Origin: Bugula neritina
Taxonomy: Eukaryota > Animalia > Bryozoa
Length of the DNA stretch: 64,000 nucleotides
Assembly: GCA_964035545.1 (NCBI GenBank)
Contig: OZ037772.1
Span: 8,239,150-8,303,149, forward strand
Direction of reading: 5' to 3'
The stretch's first letter is position 1. Each line of letters starts with the position of its first letter. Below are positions 14,001 to 28,000 of this stretch, piece by piece. The translations under genes and the position numbers were made by a program. Under the pieces are notes generated by a model. The model had not been told where the DNA came from and ran no database searches. It saw only the letters and a list, made by a program, of their open reading frames with translations.

Positions 14001-17000
14001 TATCAAAGCTCGTGTGTAAGTAGACTTCATTTTAGCTCCTCTTGAAGGCATAAGTCAAAATGGTTTGAAAGAAGCTTAGGGCTAGTGTAAAAGTTTGGTG
14101 AATCCTGCTATTAATTGGGAACGACTCTGATAGTGTAACTCACTGCACTGTGTAAAAAGACAGAAAAATAGAATGCAGCTTTGGGGGGGGGGGGTCAGCC
14201 AACTTTTTTAAATAATTGCATTAGGCCACTACTTCATAAGGAGTCAAATGACTTTGTTAGGTTTATAAATTTGAAAAATGTGTATTGTTTTGCTCCTGGC
14301 TTCTTTACTTGTTTTCAGCAAATATTATGTCAATGCTGGATCTCTCTGCTCTGAATCCACACTAAGATTCAAGTACTCTCAGGATCTGTAGTTGGGCCAA
14401 AATGACTTTTGCAACACCTCTGCATCATATGCTTAACAGAGAAATGCCACAATAGCTATTGCAGTCACTATAATCAATTTTGTTTTTATAGTTACTGTTT
14501 TGGGGCCACATAAAACATTTGGCACGGAGCTCTCTCTCAAGCACAACCAAAACAGTTTATCTAAGTTTTTAATAATTTCGCCTTTTTCTGCTTCGATCAC
14601 TTCTTTGGGAGCTTTGTCATTAACAAAGCAGTCAATGGCTCAGCCATGTTTCTTTATTGATTTTGTCCTATCTAATTTATCCAAATTTTAGTTACAACAT
14701 TCTGTGTGAAGGATAGCTCGAGGCAGTGTTTGATCCACCTCTCCATCCATATTTTTGTTATTGATGTTTTTGTCTTTTTGCTCTTTAGTGAAATATTTTT
14801 TGGGGGCATTTAGGGCTTTAGTGTTGTGTTAATACCAAGATGATGTATTTTAGCGATAAACATACGTACTATAACAATGCATACGAATAAAACAAACAGT
14901 ACAGTAATTCCGCATGTGCGGTAATTCGAGTATAATACAACACCTCTCTTTCTAAAAACAAACACAACTGAAATGCAAACATGAGTAATATACAAAAAGT
15001 GATACAAAGCGTATAGATGAATTTAGCAAGTATTAACAGGCTGATAAGCATAAAAATACAAACATGTTAACCATTACGAGAACATAATACCAGAATATAA
15101 TATCAGAATATAACATCAGAAAATGATACCAGAATATAACAAGGCATGAGACAGGAGGCTAGAGGTCAAGTTTTAGCGGAGCGCGGACTTCGCGGCCAGA
15201 CCTAGTTTTGGACAGACGAACAGCAGAGCTAGAAACTGAGTGGGTCTGTTTGGCCCTATCTAGAGGAACGAATGCTTGGTGGGGGCTAACTGGCCTTTCT
15301 CGGGGCTGAACATCCAACCTACTATCTGATGGGGATTGTTGGGCTTGACCCCCAAATACAGTGGTCTGTCTGGGACTACTATGAATTGGTTGGTCCTTGA
15401 ACTGAACAGCTAGATCACTTGCTAGACTCATAACGGGTGACGAGTGAGTTGGTGTGAGACTTCTACGGTTGCGTCTTAACTCAGTACCACCTGTGTCTTG
15501 AACAGTGTATGATCTCGGTGCGCACTGTTGGATAACTACTGCGTCCCTGTTCAAGTCTCTAATTCTCACCCTGTCGCCTCGTTTCAACGGAGGAAGTTGT
15601 GCAACTTTATGCCTAATATCAAAATTCTCTTTCACTTGACTGCGCTTCAACTCTTCTTTCTCCTGAACTGCCAATCTCTCTACAGGCTGAGGGATTAACA
15701 GCTTAGGGAGTGCAGGAACAGTGGTCTTCAGCTTTCGGCCCATCAACAGCTCAGCAGGAGACAAGCCATTCTCCAGAGGAGAAGATCGATAGGCCAACAG
15801 TGCAAGGTACGGATCTGTCTCTTTCTTGAGCAGGGACTTAACTGTTTGGACTGCCCTCTCAGCCTCTCCATTAGCCTGAGGATGCTTTGGTGAACTAGTG
15901 ACATGGGCAAACTGGTAAGAAGAAACAAACAACTTAAACTCATGACTGGCGTACTGGGGGCCATTGTCTGAAACCAACACATCTGGAACACCATGGCGTG
16001 CAAAGATACTCCGCATATGGCTAATAACTTCCTTACTGGTGAGTTCAGCTAACAAAGCAACCTCGACAAACCTAGAATAATAGTCTACTACTAAGAGATA
16101 CCACCGATCGTGAACAAAAAATAAATCACTACCTAACTTCTCCCAAGGACGCTGAGGAAACTCAGCCACCATCAATGGCTCTACAACAACGTTGGCATGC
16201 ATTCTGCAGGTGTTACACTGGCGTACCATGTCAGCGATCTGCTGAGATATACCCGGCCACCAAACATATTGCCTGGCCCGAGCACGACACTTGGTCACTC
16301 CTAAATGACCTTGATGAATGGTCCGAAGAACTTCCAATCTCTCAACCTGTGGGATAACAATGCGGTCCCCAAGCGCCAACAACCCATCTTGAATAGAAAT
16401 CAACGATCTTGACTCAAAATAAGGGCGAAGAAGTATATCCTGATTGGTAAGGTACTCCGGCCATGAGGTCTCAACAAACTTAATAACTTGGGCCAAGACT
16501 TCATCAGCTCTTTGCAGCTTTGCCAACTGCACGAGCCTCTGACTAGAAGCAAACAACTTATGACCCTCTTTCACGGCCAACTCTACCTCCTCCACAAAAG
16601 CGACTTCATCTACACTGGGCGAAGCCTGAGAGCGGGATAATGCATCAGCAAGCACATTATCCTTACCAGCAATGTGTTCAACAACATACGCAAACCTCAT
16701 AAGCCTCATCCTGAAACGCTGAATGCGAACAGTCAGTTTATCCAGTTCAATTTCATTCAGTAATGGGATCAAGGGCTTGTGATCAGTCTGTATCTTGACT
16801 GTGATACCTGTAATGTAATTTCTAAACTTTGTACATGCCCACACAACCCCCAGTGCCTCCTGTTCAATGGTTGCATACCTCATCTCAGTATCAGTCAGAG
16901 CACGAGAAGCTGCTGCAACAACCCTCTTGGAACCGTCCGGCTGAAGCTGCAGCAATACAGCACCGATGCCATTCCGGCACGCATCAGTCTGTATAGTAGT

Positions 17001-20000
17001 CTCAGCCTTCGGGTCATAAGCCGCGAGAACGAAATCTTTCGACAGCTCCTCTTTAATTCGGGCAAAGGCTATAGACTGAGCCTCGCCCCAGAACCAAGGA
17101 GATGTTTTACACAACAAATCCCTGAGAGGTCTAGATAGCTCCGCCAATTTAGGGGTAAACTTACTCAACTGATTAGCCATACCCAAAAAGCTACGAACAT
17201 CTGAGACACTCCGAGGAGTCCTGAAATCTCTAATCCCTTGAACTGCCTCAGGGTTGGCTTGAATGCCTTTATCAGAGATTGAATGCCCCAGAAACTTGAT
17301 TGAACTTTTAGAAAATTCACACTTGGAACTGTTCATAGTCATTCCTGCATCCGACATGCGTCTGAGGACAGCACGAACTCTAGCATCATGTTCCTCCACA
17401 GTATTACCCCAGACACAAACATCATCCATATGGACAATAACTCCCTCTAGACCACAAAGAACCTGTGACACAACTTTAGCGTAGATCTCTGGGCTAGATG
17501 ACAGCCCAAACGGCAACCTATGATAAGCATACCGACCAAATGGGGTCAAAAATGTAGTAAGGAGTTTACTAGACTTAGACAGGGGAATCTGATAAAACCC
17601 AGAGTTTGCATCCAACTTGCTGAAAACTTTCCCGTTACCTAATTTAGCTAGACTAGAGTCGACATGGGCCATTGGGTATACCTCCCTCCTGACCACTTTA
17701 TTCAACTGAGTGTAGTCTACACATATACGAATACGACCACTTGCTTTGGGAACTATGACCATGGGTGAGCACCAATCAGTTGGTTCACTAACAGAGAAGG
17801 TAACTCCTAACTCTACCATTTCATCTAACTCAGCCTTCACCTTATCTAATAATGGATACGGCACAGAACGCGGAACGCAAATAGCATGAGGGGGAGAACC
17901 GGTGTTTACTTGAATCTCTGCCTCCTGGCTCATTTTACCTAGGCCAGAAAAGAGACTAGGAAACTCATTTCTAAACTTATCAGCACTCTCAGTAACACAA
18001 TCAAGTTGGGTATTACATGATACAAGACCTAAGCCTACACATGCACGTCTACTAAGCAAGGCTTTATTATGAGCTACGACATATAGTCTATCTGCTACTT
18101 TGTACCTGCCTACAGATAGTGTACTGTCAAAATAGCCTAACACTGGTATCTGACTATTACTCGGTCCAAACAATGACTTGTCTGGCTGTTTAAGCTGTAC
18201 TGACTTACAGAGCTGCTGCGGGATGATGGTAACATCTGCACCGGTATCCAACTTGAATCGCACAGGCACCAATAGTTGATCTACGACTACAGACTTTGTC
18301 CATTCAACGTTAACATCTCTGTCTGTTACTTCACCCAAAAAATACTGTCCTTTGTTGCAGGGTTCAACATTGCTGGTGGGCTGGTCATAATCATTCTCTT
18401 CCACAGATTGTACTGCTCCTCCTTTTGACCTGCATACTCTAGCAAAATGTCCTCGTTTTTGGCATTTGTGACACACAGAATCTTGCGCAGGACATTTTCC
18501 AAATCTGTGTGTGTTGTGGCCACATCTACCACATGGGTTAGCATCGGCTTGAGCTGAATTAGCGGCCTTACTCTGTTGGGTTGAGTGTTTATGTTTACTA
18601 CTGCTGACTCTTACTGCATCAAGCGATTTAACATCATTGTATAGCTCCTTCACATTTTTGTCCACTTGTTCTGCTTGTCTAGCCATAGCCACGGCTGTTG
18701 CTTCAGTTAACTGGTCAATGTCCATCTTTTGCATCTCCCGGCTTAGCCCTTGGTCAGCTATACCAACAACTAGTCTATCTCTGATTTGTTCTGACCGCTT
18801 ATCTCCAAAGTCACATTTGTCTGCCAACTCATTTAAAGCACGAATATAATGTTCTACTGATTCGGCTTGCTGCTGGTCACGCTTGAAGAATTTTGCTCTT
18901 TCATAGATGACATATTTCTTGGGTGAGAAGTAGTTCTCAAATCCAGCTAGCACCTCATTGTATTTCTTTTTATTTTCTTCAGAGAGACCTAGGCTGCTAA
19001 AGATGCTTTCACTTGTAGGTCCCATACAATACAAGAAACTATTAATTTGTATTCCTTCCTCCTCTTTATCTAACTTAGAAATCTGTCTATATCTACTCCA
19101 TCTCTTAGCCCACTCTGCCCATTTCTCTGGCAAAAAGTCAAACTCAGCAGGTGGATTAAACTTTGCCATAACAGTAAATTGACAATAACGCAAGAAAAGG
19201 AAACCAAGGACAGCAGATGGCACGGATTAAACACGACAAACTTAAAACTTCGTACTGGTCACCATGTTGTGTTAATACCAAGATGATGTATTTTAGCGAT
19301 AAACATACGTACTATAACAATGCATACGAATAAAACAAACAGTACAGTAATTCCGCATGTGCGGTAATTCGAGTATAATACAACATTTAGCTTGTTTGAA
19401 GTCAGCATACCTGTGTTGCCTCTGATTTAACTTGAGCTAATAATCATCAGAACATGGTCTAGCAATCCGTTAGCATATGCTGCAGAAGGTCAGGAGTGAA
19501 TTTTTGCTGATGTAGCATGAAATTTTCTCAGATGATAGATATGCCGCATGCTTGATCTTCACAGCAAATTCAATTACTTCTCAGTTTTCTCTAAATCAGT
19601 CCTCATTTTAGGACTTCTTCTTGTAGACCAGATTGGTAGAGGGCTATGCATTCTGCTTCCACTTTGTGTCTATGGTGGTTAATTCTCCATTTCTCCAGAA
19701 TCTTGACTAATAATGTACCATTATTATATGATATCTCTTTCTTCATTTCAATTTTATATAATTTCATGATGCAAATGGCACATTAACTGAAACATTTTTG
19801 TAGAAAATAAAAATTCTCCATTTAACTGACAAATGCATGTTGCAAAAAAATGCATATAGCTAGTATATGGAAGTGCCATTCAATTATTATTACTAATCAA
19901 AAGTTGATGGTGTTTTTGTAGGCTACAAGTGCTGGTTCCGACATTCTGGAATGGATCCAGTAGTTAGTCAGATCAGTGAGAAAAAGACTGATACTTACTC

Positions 20001-21996
20001 TAAAAAGGAAATACTGAGGACTATGGGACAACACACGATCACAGATCTAAAGATTGAGGGTGACATACCTTCCGCTATTACTGAAATAGCTCCAAAAGTT
20101 ACTAATCTCTGTGTCAGATCTCTGACCAATCCTAACAGTCTGGAAGTGTAAGTCTGTGCCTGTATGTTACACTTAAACCCTTTATGTATTGAATAGCTCA
20201 AAGTAACAACAACCAATATCTGCTTACTAAAACTACACACCTATGTTGACTAGACTTGTCTAAAAGTAACCTTGGTTCTCTAACTGAAGAGTCTATAATC
20301 ATTTTATTTAAACCACTTTGAACAGATAGCGTCTCCATTTTCAGCTATGTATTTGTGTCAGATTAAAATATATCAACCTGTTTTAAAAGGAACACTTGTT
20401 CTATTGAATATAATTATACCACTGTCGATTTTTTGGAATTTGTAGAATATTTATGCTGAAGTTCTTGCAGCTATTAGATGTGTCTGACAGCCAGCTGAAT
20501 GACATACCTGAAAGGTAGGCTTTCACTGTTTTCAAATATTACATAATAATGAAAGATGGAAACTTGTGCGGAAATAGTTTTTATAAAGAATATACTTATT
20601 TATTATTATGTAATAACTGTTATCACACTTTCATACCTTTTGTAGCTTATTTAAGCTTCGGTTTCTTCACACGCTCAACCTGTTTTCAAACAACTTAACA
20701 CAACTGGATAGCAAGAGGTAGGATGAGGATGCAAGCTTGTGTCAAATTTAATTTTAAAGTTTATTTTTCATGTCTCACACTTGATTGTGCAACCAGAAAA
20801 ACGTTTTAGCACTTTCCTATTTCGTTACGTTCTATGACATTACGGTATTTTTAAAATTTGTGACAGGTTCTCTCGGCTCACCTACCTCAAGGTTTTAAAT
20901 GTGTCCAAAAACAAATTGACAGAATTTCCTAGCAAGTAAGTTGCTATTCACGATTCCCAAAGAATTACATTTAAGTGTAAATTTTAAAGGGTGCAAATGG
21001 TTTAAAGCTCAGAGATGCTAAATTAGTGTTTTAGCATTAGAAAAATGGTTATGCTATAGCTATATAAGCAAATAGTTTGTAAATAAAACGCTGTATAATA
21101 ATCTGAAGATTACATTTTGTTCTTTGTAGGTTATCGCAGCTTGTATATCTGCACACTTTGAACTTGTCACATAACAGAATGCAGCACTTAGATGACTGGT
21201 ATGTATTATATAAATTATAAAACAGCTGAACAAATTTTACTTCTTTTGCTGTGTTATTTACATTCAATCATGCGGTGTTGACCGTTTTTCTCAATTCAAA
21301 GACTTTTAAACACTGATCGATATAGTAACCAGCTGGAGCCTATATTAGACGAGTGAACATTATGATCACTGTACCAGTTGTTTGATATTGTTTTGCCATA
21401 CTTTTAACACTGCCATTTACTTTGTGTCGGCATGTTGCAGTTTTTCTGGCTGGAAGCGCCTTCAAATAATTGATGTATCTTATAACCATCTGAGGGTAAT
21501 ATCAGAAAGGTGAGTACCGATGTTATTAAATAAGCTGTCTGTATTATTTATGTTATTTTCTACTTTTTTATGCCAATTTATACATATATATTTTAGCCTA
21601 TCCCAGCTTATTTTCCTCCGAAGTTTGAACGTGTCTCATAACAGACTTAGAGCTTTGCCAGAAAGGTAAGCTGCTCTTGTGTGACAACCAATTGGTTGTC
21701 AACTCTTTGTCTTTTCGAAGCCAACTGCTGTGTATATTGTAAATCATTGCTTATTGCAGTGTGTATGAGTTGGTTTTAAAGAAAGCAATTAGGCCTATAG
21801 CTCATTATACTGCATAGACTTTGACATCTAAACTATTTTTTCTGCTGTAGCACTTCACAGCTGTCATATCTGCAAGTACTCAATGCATCACACAACCATC
21901 TCCATACTTTTCCAAAACAGTGAGTTTTGTTTTCATAACGATAACGTTTTAAACTTTGACTCCACTATCAAAGATGTGATTAAAAAGTATTGTGTG

Positions 21997-22048
<52 letters not shown>

Positions 22049-25000
22049 TGTGTTATATATAATTTCTTAGTGCTACTACTAGTGAGAAACACATTATTAA
22101 AATGTTTTTATAATTATGAGAATAGTGCACTAGACTCTATATGCCTGTCATTTTTCTATCAGTATTTTATCTTCTGTTATCAATATACAACTCAGTATTT
22201 TCTCCAAACCTTTTTCTTTGTTGCAGACTTGAAAAACTGATATTCCTTCAAAAGTTGAATGTAGCCAATAATCACCTGAAATCACTGCCTCCTCAGTAAG
22301 TTTTTGTGTGGTACTGTTGTGTTTTACCATAGTAGTATGTTCATTCTTTTTCGGTCTGGAATCAAAGTTTTTTCTAACTCACTTTTATTTTCTAGACTGC
22401 CTAAGCTCCAATATCTGACTGAGTTTGAGTATTCTAACAACCCGCTGACTATTACTCCAAAGCAGTAAGTTGTTATTCATTAGTGTTTTATTATCATAAT
22501 GTTATAGTTCCCAGTATTGTGGGTTTCAGTGTGTAATCGAGTTATTGCATAACATGTAATCCAAATCAACTCTGCGATTGTAGTTCAGATTATAGGAATA
22601 TATTTATACAAACAAACACACAATAAAAACTCTACATCTATTCAGATACGTTACAACAACTCAGCACAGTGTTTCTAGTTTGCCTGTTTACTAACAACTG
22701 CTCTACTACGCGGGAAGTCACAGTTCTAATAAAAATTGACGATTCCTATTAGAGGGTTTGTTATCTCGGGTCATCTTCTATACACGCAGTGACCCCGCAT
22801 TACAGTCAGAAGAGAATTAATGTTCTCCCCCTTTAATTATGACGATAATCCATCGAGCCACCACAATAAATCTACAATCAAAATGTTCTTCAATTCATCA
22901 TGAATTAGTAAAGTCAATAAGTTTTTATACATGCAAACGAATAAGTTTATGAAATCTTTTTAACAGGCTACTGCCGTCACAATACTCATGTTAAAGCAAT
23001 TAGAGAAACATTTTGTTTTATTTATTCATTAAGGAATAAAGTTCATTTAACTACTTTTAGACGATTTATAATAAGTTTGCTCTGTTAATATCATTCATCC
23101 AGGTTTCGAGCATATTGTAGTGGAGCACGCAATATGCGCATCCACGTGTTCCCTAGCCAATTAGAGATGCGTCAGGTGACAACCCCCAGCGATGCGTAAC
23201 GAGAGAGTAGTCAGTAGAGAGAGCGTACTAGCATTTGAAAAATGTAATACTTTTAATCCGTGTGCTTTCTTATATCATTTTATTAGTATGTAATTATAAA
23301 TAAATCTCTTCTAATCTTATCAAAAGCCCTATATTGCGGTGGATAACCAAGTCATAATTACAAGCTAGGAACTCACGCACAGTATTTGCACGAATTACTA
23401 CAGTGGTGGCAGCGGTGAGATACTAGCTATTGTATGGAGACGATGGAAAAACATTAGAACATCATGGCCGAAAGTGCAGCTTCAACTGAAGAAGGTGAGC
23501 GAGACATTATCATAAACTCTCTCGGGGCCGAAGAGGAGGCATATAAATATACATTAGAGGCTCCCGTCTTCACGGGCCTTGAAGATGTTGAACAATTTAT
23601 TCGAGAATTCCGTGAAGTTGCAGCCATTACAAGATGGCCACCGAGAGTAGCCCTGATAAAGCTACGAATGGCACTGACGGAGCAAGCCAAGCCGTACGGG
23701 CTGAGACCTAGCGTAGACGGGATCATTGCTGCGCTACGGGCCCGTTTTGGCATACCTGTCGCCGACGCCAAAGCCCGTTTGCAGGGACTGCTCCGCAAAA
23801 CATGTACACCGTTCCCGGACCACCCTACTCTGGTGAAGAGACTGGCACAGATCGCGTATAGCGACCTGCCAGAAACACACAGACGGCGCTATACATTCGA
23901 GGCTTTTGTACAATCCCTCAACGACTTGGACCTCCACCACCAGTTACAAGCGAGAGGAGTGACCACGATAGAGGCTGCAATTCAGGAAAGCGAGGCTTAT
24001 CTAGGAGCCGAGCAACTCTATAGAACGGTAAAGGCTATCCCGCAGACCACTAGGGAACCAGACCATCCGGTCCGAGTGGCTGCCGCTACCACTAGCCCCT
24101 CTTTGGAGATAGAGGTCGACCGCTTAATGACTATGCTGGGACAGTTGGTGGCGACCATAACATACAGCAATCCCATGGAGTACAAGAGACCAACAGTAAA
24201 AACCCCCAGACCGGCTACTCGTTGCTGGAGATGCGGCACCAGGGGACACCGCCGCTCGAGCTGCCCACGACCTAGGAAGCAGCAGAAACCCCACGATCCC
24301 CGGAAGCCCCCAGAGCTCCGCGGACCAAAGCAGAGAGGAAAACGGGGTGGATACCGCCAGGCATCCGTACGGACCCGGCGGTACGCCCTCCACCAGTGGC
24401 AAACACTTCGTAGGAACCAGCCAGCCAGGACGACCACAAGAACCCTTCTCACTGCCTCTCACTAATCGCTTCGGTCCGCTACCAGAAATAGAGCCGACCA
24501 GCGAGGCCCCTACGGGCATCAGAGGGGATCAATCCACCCCTCCGCAAGGAAACTTTCACCGGCCCCGCTAACCGCGGAACAAACGGGCACAGCCCCGTTC
24601 GGCCGAGACCGAGCACGCTGGGGGAGTACGGGTACAGCCTCACGGAGATAGCTACTTCTTGCCAGGGAAGGTGGCTAGCAAAGCTGTCACCTTTCTGCTA
24701 GACTCCGGGTGTACCACTAATCTCCTCAGCCGTCGAGTCTTCAACACCCTCCCCTCTAGGGAGAGGGGAGCCTTAGCTCCCTATACCGGGGAACCAGGCA
24801 CCCTAGCTGACGGGTCGCGGATTCCATTCTACAGTGTTATAGAGCTGATTGGGCGCGTCCGCGACCAGGCTATTCAGGAAACCTTCGTCATCAGCCAACT
24901 CGAGGAGGATGCTATTCTAGGAACGCCGTTCTTGAAGAGACACGGTTGCCGCATTGACTTTAGCAAGTCAGCCATGCTGATGGCCGACAAGGAACTCGCC

Positions 25001-28000
25001 TGTGTCGACAAGTTCGGTCGCCCCCTAGTGGGAGGCGTGCAGGTAGTACGGAACTGTACCATACTCGGCCGCTCCCGGACTACCATTCACTGTAGAGTGA
25101 ACAATAGCCAACTCTCGGGGTTAGGGGTTGTCGAAGGTGCGCACAAGAGAATCCAACTCGCCAGCAGTCTTAACCGGCTGACTGACCGAGGAGAGATCTT
25201 GGTGCAGTGTGTCAACCCTTTCTCCGAAGCGGTACAATTACCGTCAGGATCCATGCTGCGCCGTTTCCACTCCATCCAGGAGGAGGATATAGGGCCGTCG
25301 CTGGGAGCTGCGACGGAAGGTCCCCAACAGAGCCCGTCAGTTAGGCGGGGGACCGTCCAACAACACGTTCAAGAGCTATACCAGGCAGCGTGTGACGGCT
25401 GCGTGGGCAACGGAGAGCGCCAGGCCATGGCTCAGTTGCTACGTGAATATAGCGACGTGTTCAGCAGTGGGGACCATGACGTAGGCCTAACGACGGCCGT
25501 TCGTCATGAGATACCGCTGGCTGCCGGGACTACCCCTATCCGACAACCTACTCGGAGGTTGGGACCCGAGAAGGAAAAGGAGGTCAGCCAATAAGTCCGG
25601 GATCTTTTGGACCGCGGCCTCATAGAGCCAGCACATGGTGCGTGGAGCTCGCCGGTCGTCCTGGTCCGAAAGAAAGACGGCAGTTGGCGGTTCTGTGTGG
25701 ATTATCACAAACTAAATAGCGTGACCATACAGGACGCCTACCCCTTACCCAGGATCGACGAGTCTCTGGACGCCTTAGCAGGCAGCAAGTACTTCAGTAC
25801 GCTAGACTTGCTGAGCGGTTACTGGCAGGTCTCCCTCAGTCTCGAGGCCCAGGAGAAGGCGGCGTTCATCACGCGGGACGGCTTGTGGAAGTGAAAAGTC
25901 CTCCCCTTTGGACTGACTTCCGCCCCCGCCACGTTCTAGAGGCTCATGGAACAGGTCCTCAGCAAACTCCACTGGAAGACACTGCTGGTATACCTTGATG
26001 ACGTCATCGTGATCTCCCCAGACTTCCAGACACACGTCAGTCGTCTGTGGGAGGTCTTCGAATGACTCAGAGGTGCCAATCTGAAGCTCAAACCCTCGAA
26101 GTGCGCTCTCTTGCAGTTGGAGGTGAAGTACCTGGGACACATCGTCAGCCGTCACGGTGTGGCGACGGATCCCGAAAAGGTATGAGCTATAGAAGATTGG
26201 GTCACCCCCCAGGATTTGACCGGACTTCGGGCATTCCTCGGGCTGGTGGGGTATTACCGGCAATACATACCAGACTTTGCGGGGGTAGTGCAGCCGTTAA
26301 ATCGGCTCACCGCAAAGGGGGTGACCTAGCAGTGGACTTCCATCGAACAGACGGCGTTCGACTGCCTCAAGGGCCGCCTACTAGAGGCCTCCCTCCTAGC
26401 CTACCCAGACCCTGCCTTGGAGTACATCCTGGATACTGACGCCAGTGACCAAAACGTCGGCGCTGTGCTGTCCCAGGTGCAGGAGGGCCGCGAAGTAGTC
26501 GTGGCCTACTACAGTAAGTTTCTCTCGCCCACCGAACGAAATTACTGCACTACCCGAAAGGAACTGCTGGCAGTAATCAAGTCGGTGAAGCACTTCAGAC
26601 CTTATCTGTACGGCAGGAAGTTCCGGCTGCGGACAGACCACGCCTCCTTGATTTGGTTGTGCAAGAGAGCAGAACCGTCCAGCCAGGTCGCCAGGTGGCT
26701 CGAGGTCCTGGCCGAGTTCTCTTACCGGATCGAACATCGGCCCGGTAAAAAACACGGCAATGCCGACGGACTGAGCCGGCAGCCGGACGAGGGGTGAAAA
26801 CAGTGTCTCAACATCGAGAAGAGGACGGGGTCTCCCAAAATCTGAGTTGAGGGCACTAGACCACCCTGGAATGGAGTATGACTGGGACCAGGGTCAACTC
26901 TGACAGAAGGCCGATACGCCTCCGGAGACTATCCAGAGTCTCCGCACCAATCCTGTCTTGACTGGTAACGTCAGAGAGCTACGAAAACTCTAGGAAGACC
27001 TCCCAGGGGTAGTAGCCGACGTGTATCGGACCAAAAAGGAGGGGCGACGACCCAGCGAAGAACAACTGCGGCAGAGATGCGCCGAGTTACGGCTGTACTG
27101 CCAACTTTGGGACTCCCTGCGGATCGGGCCAGATGGTCTGCTGACCATAACAGTGGCCACCTACAACAGCCAGTACGAGAGAGAGAGGGTGATTTGCCCA
27201 GCCGCCATTCGCCGGGAGTTAGTATGGGACACCCACAAACAGGCTCACACAGGGGTCAAAAGGGTGCTCGCCAAATTACAGCTCCGGTGGTACTGGCCCG
27301 GCGTGACGTACGGCTCAGAGTCAAGCAGTGCGAAATCTGCCAGACCAGCAAGCATGGCCGTCTCCCTGGCAAAGCGGGACGGCGTAGGCTATATGCTGGA
27401 AGGCCATGGCAAGTGGTAGCTGTTGACCTGGTTGGACCCATGCCTCTCACCCCGTGAGGAAACAGTTGGATCCTAGTATTAACCGACCACTTTACCAGGT
27501 GAGCAGACGCTCTGGCTATTCCAGATGCGTCCGCCCCGGCGATGGCCAGAGTGCTAGACCAAAATGTAATCTGCTACCTCGGACTACCCGAGCAGATACA
27601 TTCGGACCAGCGGGCTCAATTCCAATCTCAACTGTTGAGCGACCTCTGCCGCCTCTGCGGAGTAAACCAAAGCAGAACCACCTCGTACCATCCTCAGGGC
27701 AACGGGTTGGCAGAACGCAACAACCGCATGTTGGGCGACGCACTCCGCAGTCTGCTCCTCGGCCGGGGTCAGGAGGAATGGGATACGGTACTACCGCAAA
27801 TTATGCGGGCCTACCGTAGTACACCACATACCAGTACGGGGGAGACCCCTAACCTCCTGATGCTTGATCGAGAGACGCGAGTGCCCGACCACCTCGCATA
27901 CCTTATCCCCGAACAAGACTATACCATCCACGAGCATGCCAGCAAATTGATAGAGGACCTGAAGGCCGCACACGAAATACTGCGAGCAAAGCAGTGGCAG

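Larger units (their letters stand above)
13330..19720 (-). mobile_element. Heavily decayed RTE-clade non-LTR retrotransposon (LINE), split by element B
   Basis: Minus-strand remnants of RTE RT motifs: MERWIKHCLEL, YKNKIDYSDCNSYCGISLLS, ES*CGFRAERSSIDIIF, FINLTKSFD, VYRAYILSKLL, GQIHQDLLHREL. Many stops and frameshifts. Boundaries are approximate. Confidence 0.8.

Noticed and set aside
22518-22981. Possible further minus-strand solo LTR (also about 30883-31165)
   Set aside because: LTR-like composition and TG..CA candidates, but I could not find a TSD or a second copy.
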